DNA from: an uncultured Phycisphaerales bacterium
GTDB lineage: Bacteria > Planctomycetota > Phycisphaerae > Sedimentisphaerales > Anaerobacaceae
DNA: 64,000 nt
Direction of reading: 5' to 3'
Assembly (NCBI GenBank): GCA_963772725.1
Contig: CAVYYI010000001.1
Coordinates: forward strand, 256,001-320,000
In this document: one piece after another, positions 9,159-18,823 of the stretch
Layout of the letters: each line of letters begins with the position of its first letter
Position numbering within the stretch: the stretch's first letter is position 1
The notes under the pieces: model-generated
Told to the model about the DNA's origin: nothing
The model's input: the letters and a program-made list of their open reading frames with translations, nothing else
Databases searched by the model: none
Translations under genes and position numbers: made by a program

Positions 9159-12100
9159 CTACGGCCAGAGAACAAGTGTTCGCCAGTTCTGCGCAAGTAA
9201 TGCAAAGTCTTTGAAGTCAACCTTATTATCACCGTTCAAATTCGCTATTGACCAGACTGTCTGATTAACAGACGCCTTCCCGGCAAGATTGACTACCTCT
9301 GCCTGAGAAAGTGCATAATCATAGATACGGAAATCATCAATCTTACCACGATAATTCATGCTGCCGGTAAGAGCGTACCCTCCGACAAGGAACGTCTGCA
9401 GATATTTATACATCGGTCTAATCGCTTCATCATTCTCGGCTACGATAAGCCCGTTATGATAGATTCTCGCAATACCCGTTTCAGCGTTCTTTGTCACGGC
9501 GAAATGATTCCACGAGCCTCTAAATGCATCCGAAGGCGGATTCAACCAGTCTGCAGTGTCCCAGCCATAGTAAAACGATGCCCAGCCAGGCAGTTGCGGT
9601 TGAATGTGGCCGCTCTCAAAGGATATCATTGTTCCGGAACCTTGTGGAATTTCCAGACACAGTACGTGCCCTGGCGTACCAGTCCAGCTTACACTCGCGC
9701 TGCCATGGAACGCCATCTGCCTGGTATCCAGAGGTGTATTTACATCGCCATTCAACCACAGCGATACTGTTACCTGCGTATTAACATCAGTGGTATTAGT
9801 ATCATAGAATGTGGTCGCTTTAGGCACCTGTACTGTAACAGTGCCGTCACAAGACAGACATCCGCCGCTATGGCCGCTGGTACTCCATGCAACGTCTGTG
9901 CTAACGTTGCCATCGTTGTTATTGGCGATGGTATATCTGCTTGATGAATCTTCAGCGATATGGCCGCTGGTTTCATCAAACTTGTACCAGACCCTGCAAT
10001 GATTGGCATCTGGATTAGAGGCATAAACCGTGCCGCCGCCGCTCTGGAGCCAGTCATTAGCCATTATATCGACGTCGTTAAGGTCTTTAATGCAATCGTT
10101 GCCTGTCAAATCGCCTGTAATAAATTCAGATACGCATGTCTGAACATACAGGCCGATATCGTCGAAGTACACTGTTCCTGAGCCGCCTGAAGCTGGACTT
10201 GTTCTGTTGCCGATACCAACGATAATTTTCGTGATATTGGACAGGTTCAAGGCAGGTTTATTATCTTTGAAGGCCTGCAGGCTAATGTGCCAGGCAGTCC
10301 ACAATTCTTTTCGAACCGCATTAGCATCCGGATTATACACAATTGCGGTATTGGTGCCATCGGACAGCTCCATATACATCTTCTGTGCCGCATTGCTGAG
10401 TGCGCCCAGATAGTAAACGGTAATGGACTTAAAGCTGCTCATATTGGCAACCACAGGAGTGGCTTCCATCTCAGAGTAATAAGGCGGATACCATTCCACT
10501 CCGGGAGCGACTACTGTTCCGTCATTATCATAAGTGAACTTAACAGATTTTAAGCCGCCATGTCTAATTGTGTTGCTGTCATAGATGACCGAACCGCTGA
10601 GGCCTGCGGCATATGAGTCATAACCAGAAGCAGCGAACTTGGCAAAACCATCTGTCCATTTTTTCCAGATTGAACCGGTAGCAGGTGGGTATCTGTTATA
10701 AGGCGGGTCATAAGGTACCCCGGTGTTGGAGTCTATGTTATTGTAACTCTCAAAGTCTTCCAGTACCTTGTGGTCCGAGGTGGTAAACGTCCAGACCTGA
10801 CCCTTCCATACTTTTGCAAGAGTGAGATTGACCTCGTCAACTCTCCAGTAATAGGTCTTGCGGTAATCAAGACTGATTGGACTGAAACTATTCGAATCAA
10901 CACGGTTCTTATAGATACCTGTACTTGCGGTAGTGGCGCTGTTGACATCAGCCAAAACTGTGCCGAAATAAACATCGTGTTTCTTCGCAAAATTACCTGG
11001 TGCCCAGACAAGTTTTGAAACCGTGGCATCTACGCCTGTTGCGTTGTTCGTCGGAGTCGGAGAGTAAGCGATGTTATAATCAATAGGTCCAGTTGTCATA
11101 GTAGTGCTGCCGCCTGCAAGGCTCAGTGTAACAGGGGCGCCGTGGGAACCTGTAATCCAGCCGTCATCAATATACCCCTGATATGCGGATAGTTTATCGC
11201 CGGCAGAGACAATTTTACCAGGAGCGCCTATTTCTATATGGCCCTGGGACTTCATAGAGAGGCCGCCGCCTGTAAAATTGATTACGCCGCCGGTGAGTTT
11301 AATGGAACCGCTTATTGCTGTGGCCTCAGAAGGCAATGCCATCTTGCTCACGTTGAACGTGCCTCCGCTCATATTAAGTGTGGCAGTACCCAAATTGGGA
11401 AGTCTTATACCGCTGGCAGCAGTAGGGCAGTCAATAAGGCCACTGCTCATATTTATAGTGGCGACGCTGCTTGTACCAGTATATCCAGTTCTAATACCGC
11501 CAGTTCCCAAGAGAATTGTGGCTCCGTCTATGTTCAAAGTACCAGTTCCAGAGTCACCTATCCTAAGAATGTTCCCGGTGTTGTTTGCTTTGACTAAAGT
11601 GTTAGTCAGGGACACAGTGGCGTTGCCGTAAAAACCAAAATTCAAATCTTTGGAAAATTTAAGCGTGCTGCCGGTTACGTTCAGAGTGCCTGTGCCGTAT
11701 TGGCCCACGTCTAAGTCTGTGGTTGCAAAATTATTAAAATCCAAATAACTGTTCGTTACATTCATAGTGCCGATTCCAGTAAGACCCGTCGTAGTAGAAC
11801 CGCCGATATACAAACTCTTGGAAGCAGCCCTTGTAGTGATTGTACCGCCGGAGATAGTGAAGCTGCCCGTACCACCAGACTGATTTCCTATATAACAAAG
11901 ACCGCCCAATTGAAGTACACTGTTGTTACTCATTGTCGCAGTACCTGTTCCATAGTTTCCTACGAAAAGATTTCTGGATAGCTTAATTGTGCTGTTATTT
12001 ACATCCATACTGCCTGTGCCGTAATTGCCCACGAATAAGTCGGTGGTTGCAAATTCATTAAAATCAACCAAACTATTTTTTATGTTCAAAGTGCCAACGC

Positions 12101-12527
12101 CTGTGAGACCTGTGGTAGAACCGCCGATATACAAATACTTGCTAGCGGCCTTTGTAGCGATTGTACCGCCGGAGATAGTTAAAGTACCGGTCCCTTTGTT
12201 GCCGACGTATGTTAAGCCATACCGATTCATGATGCCGCCGTTAACATATACTGCGCCGGTTGAAGCATCTGCTGATGCTACGTACAGGTTGGCCGCAATG
12301 GCCGTAATGCTGTTCCCGATTAAGCATTCGTCAGCCCCGCCAACGGTGCCTTTATCGATGTAAGCAACATCGGCACTGGCCGGGACTGTGCCGGTATCCC
12401 AGTTGCTCGGAGTATCCCATTTCTGGTCCGTTGAGGTATTCGTCCAGGTCTTACTAGCGGCAGGGACCGTCCCTGCTATGACCAGAACCACAAATAAAAA
12501 TGCTAAACAAATTAATTTCTTACCCAT
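9159..12527 (-). CDS. Secreted beta-helix-repeat / Fn3-like / CBM-like / LamG / dockerin-like surface protein, copy 2
   Basis: Start MGKKLIC at 12527 (GGAGG RBS); intact frame; same domain order as copy 1; ends NWRTLVLWP. Confidence 0.88.
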   Translation of the reverse strand: MGKKLICLAFLFVVLVIAGTVPAASKTWTNTSTDQKWDTPSNWDTGTVPASADVAYIDKGTVGGADECLIGNSITAIAANLYVASADASTGAVYVNGGIMNRYGLTYVGNKGTGTLTISGGTIATKAASKYLYIGGSTTGLTGVGTLNIKNSLVDFNEFATTDLFVGNYGTGSMDVNNSTIKLSRNLFVGNYGTGTATMSNNSVLQLGGLCYIGNQSGGTGSFTISGGTITTRAASKSLYIGGSTTTGLTGIGTMNVTNSYLDFNNFATTDLDVGQYGTGTLNVTGSTLKFSKDLNFGFYGNATVSLTNTLVKANNTGNILRIGDSGTGTLNIDGATILLGTGGIRTGYTGTSSVATINMSSGLIDCPTAASGIRLPNLGTATLNMSGGTFNVSKMALPSEATAISGSIKLTGGVINFTGGGLSMKSQGHIEIGAPGKIVSAGDKLSAYQGYIDDGWITGSHGAPVTLSLAGGSTTMTTGPIDYNIAYSPTPTNNATGVDATVSKLVWAPGNFAKKHDVYFGTVLADVNSATTASTGIYKNRVDSNSFSPISLDYRKTYYWRVDEVNLTLAKVWKGQVWTFTTSDHKVLEDFESYNNIDSNTGVPYDPPYNRYPPATGSIWKKWTDGFAKFAASGYDSYAAGLSGSVIYDSNTIRHGGLKSVKFTYDNDGTVVAPGVEWYPPYYSEMEATPVVANMSSFKSITVYYLGALSNAAQKMYMELSDGTNTAIVYNPDANAVRKELWTAWHISLQAFKDNKPALNLSNITKIIVGIGNRTSPASGGSGTVYFDDIGLYVQTCVSEFITGDLTGNDCIKDLNDVDIMANDWLQSGGGTVYASNPDANHCRVWYKFDETSGHIAEDSSSRYTIANNNDGNVSTDVAWSTSGHSGGCLSCDGTVTVQVPKATTFYDTNTTDVNTQVTVSLWLNGDVNTPLDTRQMAFHGSASVSWTGTPGHVLCLEIPQGSGTMISFESGHIQPQLPGWASFYYGWDTADWLNPPSDAFRGSWNHFAVTKNAETGIARIYHNGLIVAENDEAIRPMYKYLQTFLVGGYALTGSMNYRGKIDDFRIYDYALSQAEVVNLAGKASVNQTVWSIANLNGDNKVDFKDFALLAQNWRTLVLWP

Positions 12528-12690
12528 AATAAACCTCCATCTCAATATATGTACCGACTTTCTAATTCCATTTGGCTACACCCCAAATGGAATTTTAGGT
12601 ATCGGCTACCTTTAAGATTACACAATTTATCTTATGAATATGCTTTCTCCAGAGTATAATATCGCCTTACCCATCACTCCAGACAATTGC

Positions 12691-12755
12691 ATTATAAGCC
12701 GTTTTTATTTAAAAGTCAACACCATTTTGCGGCAATCTTAAACCATTTTGCGGCA
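12691..12755 (-). promoter_or_regulatory. sigma70 promoter (TTGACT-17-TATAAT) with tandem XylR-type operator
   Basis: -10 at 12691-12696, -35 at 12714-12719; ACCATTTTGCGGCA at 12721-12734 and 12742-12755. Confidence 0.85.
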
Positions 12756-12784
12756 AATTCTGTCAATTTATTTAGGCTGCTATC

Positions 12785-12813
12785 TTGACGAAAAACCTAA
12801 AAAACACTATTAT
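12785..12813 (+). promoter_or_regulatory. Probable sigma70 promoter of the regulator gene (TTGACG-17-TATTAT)
   Basis: Near-consensus hexamers at 17-bp spacing, divergent from the surface-protein promoter. Confidence 0.6.
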
Positions 12814-12872
12814 TCTAATTCGTTGGGATTTAATAATTGCCTTAGATGGGTGTAAGAGGGTATAAATAGCGT

Positions 12873-14045
12873 ATGGTAAATATACCCAAAGTTGTATTGC
12901 TGATTGAATCTTCGAGAGAATTTGGCCGTGAACTTCTGACCGGAATCTCACAGTACAGCCGCTTTCACGGTCCATGGTCGTTTTTTACACAGCAGCCTTT
13001 TTTTAGAACGGACCTCTTTGGTGAGCGAAAAACATTGAATCTTATAAAAAATTGGAATCCGACAGGAATAATAACGCGTGAAACCGGACATATAGATGAA
13101 ATAATAGCACTGGGACTTCCAACTGTTATCGCCGGAACTACAAAAAAACTGATACCGGATTATCCGATTATAGCAACGGATAATCTATCGGTAGGTACAA
13201 TGGCTGCCGAGCATCTGCTTGAACGGGGATTCAGGTACTTTGCCTATTGCGGTTTCGATGAACAGCGATGGTCGCGTGAGCGATGTGAAAGCTTCTGCAA
13301 AAGAATTATTGAGGCAGGTTTTTCAACCAAGCTTTATCAACAACCAAAATCGCAAAAAAAACGGGCATGGGATATAGAACAAACCATTATTGCTGACTGG
13401 ATAAAAGCGTTACCTAAACCGATAGGCCTGATGGCGTGTACCGATGAGCGAAGTCAGCAGGTTATCGAAGCGTGTAAACTTGTTGACATATCTGTGCCTG
13501 AGCAGGTAGCGGTTATAGGTGTTGATAATGATAATCTGGTTTGCAATCTGGCAAATCCACAACTGTCAAGTGTTGCCCTTGCTGTTGAGAAAGCTGGATA
13601 CGAAGCTGCGGAGCTGTTGGATAATCTTATGTCGGGTAAAGAAAAGATGGCTGGTCAGCGAATAATTGTCAGGCCGATGTACATTGAAATAAGGCGTTCG
13701 ACGGATATTATGGCGATAATGGACCCCGATGTAGTGCATGCTATGAAGTTTATTCGTGAACATTGCCGTGATATAATTCAAGTCGATGATGTCGTAGAGG
13801 ATGTTGCGGTGTCGCGGCGCGCACTTGAGCGCCGGTTTCGCAAGGTTTTAGGCCGGTCTATACTTGAAGAAATCAGGCATATCCGTGTTGAGCAGATAGT
13901 TCAAATGCTTGTCAAGACAAACCTTTCCATCTCAAAAATAGCATCAAAATTAGGATACACCGGAGTTGCACATATATCCCGGTACTTCCAAAAAGAAAAA
14001 GGAATGAGTTTATTGTCTTACAGAAAACAGCATGGTTTGCTGTAA
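12873..14045 (+). CDS. xylR: XylR-family transcriptional regulator (LacI-type periplasmic-binding fold + AraC HTH)
   Basis: N-term LLIESSREFGRELLTGI, VPEQVAVIGVDND, LSSV, RRSTD linker, C-term VSRRALERRF...IASKLGY...FQKEKGMS; 390 aa. Family-level call; the inducer is not necessarily xylose. Confidence 0.9.
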   Translation: MVNIPKVVLLIESSREFGRELLTGISQYSRFHGPWSFFTQQPFFRTDLFGERKTLNLIKNWNPTGIITRETGHIDEIIALGLPTVIAGTTKKLIPDYPIIATDNLSVGTMAAEHLLERGFRYFAYCGFDEQRWSRERCESFCKRIIEAGFSTKLYQQPKSQKKRAWDIEQTIIADWIKALPKPIGLMACTDERSQQVIEACKLVDISVPEQVAVIGVDNDNLVCNLANPQLSSVALAVEKAGYEAAELLDNLMSGKEKMAGQRIIVRPMYIEIRRSTDIMAIMDPDVVHAMKFIREHCRDIIQVDDVVEDVAVSRRALERRFRKVLGRSILEEIRHIRVEQIVQMLVKTNLSISKIASKLGYTGVAHISRYFQKEKGMSLLSYRKQHGLL

Positions 14046-14110
14046 TAACGATAAAATTTTTCCCTTTCACATATTACGCTCAATGCAATATCTTGCTAAT
14101 TGCATTATTC

Positions 14111-16408
14111 TTACGCATTTCCGGAATTTTCGTAGCAGCGAACATCAAACACTGCGGCAGGAATCTCAGTACTCGGTGCAGCCAATTCGACTGTAATGCG
14201 GTTAGTCTTTATAGGCGGATTGAGACTAATAGTATTGTGAGTCTGATAATTGTCATCCTTTTTATAAATCTCCTGCCCGGATGCATCGAGAATACGATAA
14301 CGGCGAACACAAAACGGCATAACATCTTCAGAATGGCCCATCTGCACAGATTCCATCGGATGGTCAAAGTCTGTGTCGAAAGTCAATTCGATGCGGCCAA
14401 TTGTTTGAGGCTTTGGCCAGGAAAGTGTTAGTCCCGGTTTGGTGTCATTGAAATCAGAAACCCATGCGTTTGGATTGGAAGCCGGACGACCAATACCGTT
14501 TATTATATTTTCAGGCTGGAATACGTTTATAGGCGGTTCAATTTTAATGGCTAAATTATGCCCTTTTGGGCGTCGCAGTGGAAGCCAGAACTCAAATTTT
14601 TCAACACCGATATCGTCAGGCGGATTTTGACAATTACTGGTTGCAACCTTACCATTAAACTTGTTTGTAACTGATAAAACACCCGTCAGACGCTGTTCGC
14701 TGCAATGGGCAGTAATATGTTCATTGGCCATCAGGCATACAAAAGCGTAACGGGGACAGTCTATAGTAACATCAAAGTCTGCTGTTACAGTCTGATTCTT
14801 GCCGATATTTAATTTTACTGTTTTAGCTGATAGTGTTACATCCGGTGTGTGATTTTCGGGGCTGCTGCTTACACGCAATTCCATCTGTAATGCTGTCGGC
14901 TTATCCACATCAAGAATAAAGGAAACTTTAGGCATAGCGCCAGCCGCGACAGGCAGCATCATCGCCCATGACTCATTTAGCTTTAATAATGGGCCTCCAT
15001 CTGCAAGTTCACTAAGACGCATTTGACTGGTGGCGCTAATTTTAGCTTTCACGGCGAGGTTGCCGGAATCATTCAGCTTCAGGCAGGGGATGTATTGCCC
15101 GGTGCGAAGTAATTTCTGCTGAAGCTCGTGTATTTGTTTTTCTCCAGAGATATCATGAGGAAGCAGTTTGTGCCGCCTGCATAACGCAGCGGCCATTCCG
15201 ACCGCCTGACCGTTGTGCGCACAGGTTGCCATAACACGTGTTGAACCAAACGCCACGTGTGAAACGCTGATAATTCGTCCTGTCAGAAAAAGATTTTTAA
15301 TATTACGGCTGTAAAAACAACGATAAGGAATCTGGTAAACACCTTTTGAGTGCCATTGAATACAGCCTGATTCTTTGCTGAATACGCCATCGGCAGGATG
15401 CAAATCAATAGCCCAGCCGCCAAAGGACACGGCATCGTAGTGTTTATGCTGCTCAATTAAGTCCTGCTGAATAAGCATGTAGTCGCCTTCAAAACGACGG
15501 CTTTCACGTTTGCCGGGGATATTGCCAACCCATTCAAGTGTCATTGTTTCTGCTTCAGGGAATTTGCCGGAATTCTTTATATAGTTCCAGACGCCGTAAA
15601 CAACTTCCCACAACTTATACTTTATGGCTTCGGTTTCGTGAATTGTGTCGAGCCTGCCGCCGTATTCGAGCCACCAAAGCTCACAACCCTGTTCCTTTGC
15701 GCGAAAGCATCTGTATCGTGGAATTTTCGTAATATCCTTCAATGCATAACTTGGCGGTACGAATTTTACAGGTTTGCCTGTGTCCTTGGTGTAAAAGAAA
15801 ATTGAATGGCCCAGCAAGGCGCCGTAATTATCATCTGGAGCGAATTTCTCGCCAAATTCTTTCTTAGATTCGGCCCCCATCCGAAAAGCAGCCCCTGAAA
15901 GAAAACCGACTACGCCGTCCCCTGAGGCATCGCAGAAAAGAGGTGCATAAACATCGTACATTGTGGAATTCTGGCTGCAAAACGCATGAACGCACTTAAT
16001 AGCATCCTGTTCCTTCTTGTCCAGAGCAAATACTACCGTATTGAGCAGAAGCGTTATATTGGGTTCATTTATCACTTTTTCAAGCATGACGGTATCAAAG
16101 ATGACCGGATTACCCTCTTTATTTCTGTATGTATTTTCAACAAAGATTTCATCGATAACGCCGCCCTCGCGCGCCCAGCGATTATTATTACCCATGTGAG
16201 AAGTGGCACCAAGACTCCACAGCCTTACTTCACTGGAAGCGTTGCCGCCGAGAACGGGCCTATCCTGGATAAGCGCTACTTTAATTCCGGCTCTGGCCGC
16301 GGTAATAGCGCAGCATGTTCCTGCCAGGCCGCCGCCAACTACAGCCAAATCACATTTAATATGCTCAATTTTCAGTTCCCGACACTCAATAGACTGCTTT
16401 ACTGACAT
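14111..16408 (-). CDS. Cytoplasmic FAD-dependent oxidoreductase (PF12831-like) with C-terminal beta-sandwich
   Basis: VVGGGLAG, LGGNASSE, DASGDG, RESRRFEGDY, YQIPYRC, STRVMATC; no signal peptide; AGGAG RBS. Confidence 0.85.
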   Translation of the reverse strand: MSVKQSIECRELKIEHIKCDLAVVGGGLAGTCCAITAARAGIKVALIQDRPVLGGNASSEVRLWSLGATSHMGNNNRWAREGGVIDEIFVENTYRNKEGNPVIFDTVMLEKVINEPNITLLLNTVVFALDKKEQDAIKCVHAFCSQNSTMYDVYAPLFCDASGDGVVGFLSGAAFRMGAESKKEFGEKFAPDDNYGALLGHSIFFYTKDTGKPVKFVPPSYALKDITKIPRYRCFRAKEQGCELWWLEYGGRLDTIHETEAIKYKLWEVVYGVWNYIKNSGKFPEAETMTLEWVGNIPGKRESRRFEGDYMLIQQDLIEQHKHYDAVSFGGWAIDLHPADGVFSKESGCIQWHSKGVYQIPYRCFYSRNIKNLFLTGRIISVSHVAFGSTRVMATCAHNGQAVGMAAALCRRHKLLPHDISGEKQIHELQQKLLRTGQYIPCLKLNDSGNLAVKAKISATSQMRLSELADGGPLLKLNESWAMMLPVAAGAMPKVSFILDVDKPTALQMELRVSSSPENHTPDVTLSAKTVKLNIGKNQTVTADFDVTIDCPRYAFVCLMANEHITAHCSEQRLTGVLSVTNKFNGKVATSNCQNPPDDIGVEKFEFWLPLRRPKGHNLAIKIEPPINVFQPENIINGIGRPASNPNAWVSDFNDTKPGLTLSWPKPQTIGRIELTFDTDFDHPMESVQMGHSEDVMPFCVRRYRILDASGQEIYKKDDNYQTHNTISLNPPIKTNRITVELAAPSTEIPAAVFDVRCYENSGNA

Positions 16409-16560
16409 TTTAGGACTCCTATTACTATGTTCTTATTACGACACTTATGAAAACACATTCTCACAAAAACTAAAAACAAATTTCTCCTTCACGGGTTAAA
16501 TTAAAACCATAACTGGAAAACAATTATCTCTATGATTCAGGTATTTTGCAACAATTTTTT

Positions 16561-16626
16561 ATTTTACTATAACAGCTGTATATATTTCAACGCCATTATG
16601 CGTCAAACTGTAACCAATTTGCGCAC
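16561..16626 (-). promoter_or_regulatory. Promoter (TTGAAA-18-TAAAAT) with degenerate tandem operator for the oxidoreductase
   Basis: GCCATTATGCGTCA (16592-16605) and ACCAATTTGCGCAC (16613-16626), 21-bp period, abutting the -35. Confidence 0.65.
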
Positions 16627-16751
16627 GGTACGAAGTGATAAAATAATGCCAGGCTTGTAACGTGGAAAGCGGATTACCGCTTTTGTGCTTTGATAAAATA
16701 TTTTTTTAGGGCGGTTCTTGGTATATGTAGTTATTGTGAATAGTAAATCTG

Positions 16752-16816
16752 TGTCGTAAATCGGTTATAGTTTTACGCAAAATGGTGTTGACGAAGCACA
16801 AAAGGTGTAATAATAT
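16752..16816 (+). promoter_or_regulatory. Main rightward promoter (TTGACG-17-TAATAT) with tandem operator
   Basis: TGTCGTAAATCGGT (16752-16765) and TTACGCAAAATGGT (16773-16786) immediately before TTGACG (16788-16793). Confidence 0.75.
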
Positions 16817-17136
16817 GTTACATATCGATTGAAGGAAATTGGACTAAGGTTTACTTGGTTGCAGAAGGATAGCCAGATGTTATGGCCATAAAAAAAGGAC
16901 TCATTCTTAAATTAAGCAGGCATCAAACAATTATGGAAATTTAAATGGCGTCGAAAGTTTGATACAAATCTTGGTCCAGTCAACTGTATCCCTTTTCCCA
17001 GAGGCTGGCCTGATTGGATGAAGGGTTTTAAAAGTTACGATTAACTAATCAAGAATACGAATTTTCTACCGAATAGTTGTGAAAATCCGCGAAAAACAAC
17101 AATCATAAATAAGTGAATTTCAAATACAGGAGATCT

Positions 17137-18786
17137 ATGTATATGATGAGTAAAAAAATGTTAATTGCGATATTGTTATTGTATGTGCTTGCCGCAACAG
17201 CTTTGCCTGTGGATAGTAGTAAAAGTTTTACCCAGCTCTCGGCACATTGTGTCGAACAGACCGGCACAGTTCCGGAGGGAGCAGCGCAAACCGGCGTCCT
17301 TGTTCTGGCCAATGAGCCTAACAGCAACGCGAGTATTTCTATAGAATTCGATCTTAGCTCAATATCTTATGCAATAACGCCATTAGCAAGGCTGCAACTC
17401 GACGATGTAGGTAAATTGAAAGTGAATCGACTGGGTCAAAAACCAGGTGTAGAGCGTGGTGCTCTGCACGTGTTTGCGAAACTTTCCACCGGTAAAGCAG
17501 CAGAGCTTGTAGGAACCATTCCGGTGAAACCCGCCGGACTTCCCTTTTCCTATGTCATTGATATTACGCGCGCGGTTACCGATACGCTGGCGCAGCCGCA
17601 GGGGCAGAAAAAACTGCATCTGGAAGTGCGGATGGAGGGCAAACCATGTTTTTATGAGGTTTATGGTATGCCCACAGAAGGAGGTAAAAAACTGCCGACT
17701 TTGGAGATTGCTTCGCCTGTAGGCTGGACAAACGACTGGGAACAAAGACTCGTACCAATTAGCAGCGGCCCCCTTGTTTATAGAGAGTCCTGTATGCCTT
17801 TGGCTGTGGATCCTAACAAGGAGCTTACTTTGCAACTGTTATATCCGGCGAAAAAGATTACCGAGGTAATTCATAACGCCGCGGGCGCGAAACTCCAGGA
17901 AGGGCGTGACTGGATTTTACGCGACGGCAAGCTGGTTTTGCCCGCCGGTTCTCATGCTCCGATTCAACGGGAGTCTGAATTCTTTGCCCCTCTAAAAAAA
18001 GACAAAGATGGGACGGTCAAACGCGTTTATAATGAAATTCGCCTGGAAGAAGGTACCTGGTATCATGAACGACAGATTGAAGTAAGCTATGAGCCGACCG
18101 TGAGAGACTGGTCGTTCCCACCTCCAATTTCATCGCTCGATAACCTTCCGCGATTGAAGCGGTTGTTGACTACCAAATCGCCAGTTCGACTCATACTTTT
18201 CGGCGACAGCATTTCTGTTGGAGGCAACGCCTCCAAAGTCCAGGGTTGTTGGCCGTATCAGCCTTGTTTTGGTGAGTTGGTGGTGTGGAAGTTGGAGCAG
18301 TACTATGGAAACAAAATCACATTTATGAACCACTCGAGAGGCGGCGGTACCGCCAGTTATGGTGTCAGCCAGGTGGACAGTCAGGTCGGATGGTTCAAAC
18401 CGGACCTTGCCATCGTAGCATTTGGCATGAATGACCGCTCACCTGCCCGAAGGGTGGTGTTTCGCGCCAGTCTCGAAAAGATTATAGATACTATACGTGC
18501 AAGGTCTCCTGAAACCGAGTTCATCATCTTAGCACCGTTTATGAACAATCCTGTGCAACCAACCGGTTCGGAGCCTATCTTGGCCATCCGCGATGAAGCG
18601 CTCAAAATCTCACGCCCGGGTCTTGCTTATGTCGATGTTACCACCGCGCATCAGGAGATACTTAAACACAAAAAAAATTATCTGGACCTTTCCGGCAATG
18701 GCGCCAACCATCCAAACGACTTCCTGCATCGCATCTACGCGCAGCGTCTGTTGGAGGTATTGATACCAGACAAGCAGCGGAAATAA
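17137..18786 (+). CDS. Secreted SGNH/GDSL-family esterase with N-terminal beta domains, copy 1
   Basis: AGGAG RBS then ATG 17137; signal peptide; FGDSIS, SRGG, FGMND, GANHPND blocks. Confidence 0.85.
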   Translation: MYMMSKKMLIAILLLYVLAATALPVDSSKSFTQLSAHCVEQTGTVPEGAAQTGVLVLANEPNSNASISIEFDLSSISYAITPLARLQLDDVGKLKVNRLGQKPGVERGALHVFAKLSTGKAAELVGTIPVKPAGLPFSYVIDITRAVTDTLAQPQGQKKLHLEVRMEGKPCFYEVYGMPTEGGKKLPTLEIASPVGWTNDWEQRLVPISSGPLVYRESCMPLAVDPNKELTLQLLYPAKKITEVIHNAAGAKLQEGRDWILRDGKLVLPAGSHAPIQRESEFFAPLKKDKDGTVKRVYNEIRLEEGTWYHERQIEVSYEPTVRDWSFPPPISSLDNLPRLKRLLTTKSPVRLILFGDSISVGGNASKVQGCWPYQPCFGELVVWKLEQYYGNKITFMNHSRGGGTASYGVSQVDSQVGWFKPDLAIVAFGMNDRSPARRVVFRASLEKIIDTIRARSPETEFIILAPFMNNPVQPTGSEPILAIRDEALKISRPGLAYVDVTTAHQEILKHKKNYLDLSGNGANHPNDFLHRIYAQRLLEVLIPDKQRK

Positions 18787-18823
18787 TTTCAGTTTCATTA
18801 CCATAAAAATAAAGAAATAAGTT

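Noticed and set aside
8990..12755. ACCATTTTGCGGCA repeats as possible CRISPR repeats or iterons
   Set aside because: Pairs only, 7-bp spacers, no cas or rep genes; position at -35 fits operators
14082..14106. AATGCAAT-9-ATTGCATT inverted repeat between convergent genes
   Set aside because: AT-rich weak stem without a clear U-tract; not enough to call a terminator
16400..16490. 26-codon TTG-initiated ORF with GAAGGAG upstream of the oxidoreductase
   Set aside because: No homology or compositional support; RBS spacing is short; could be chance
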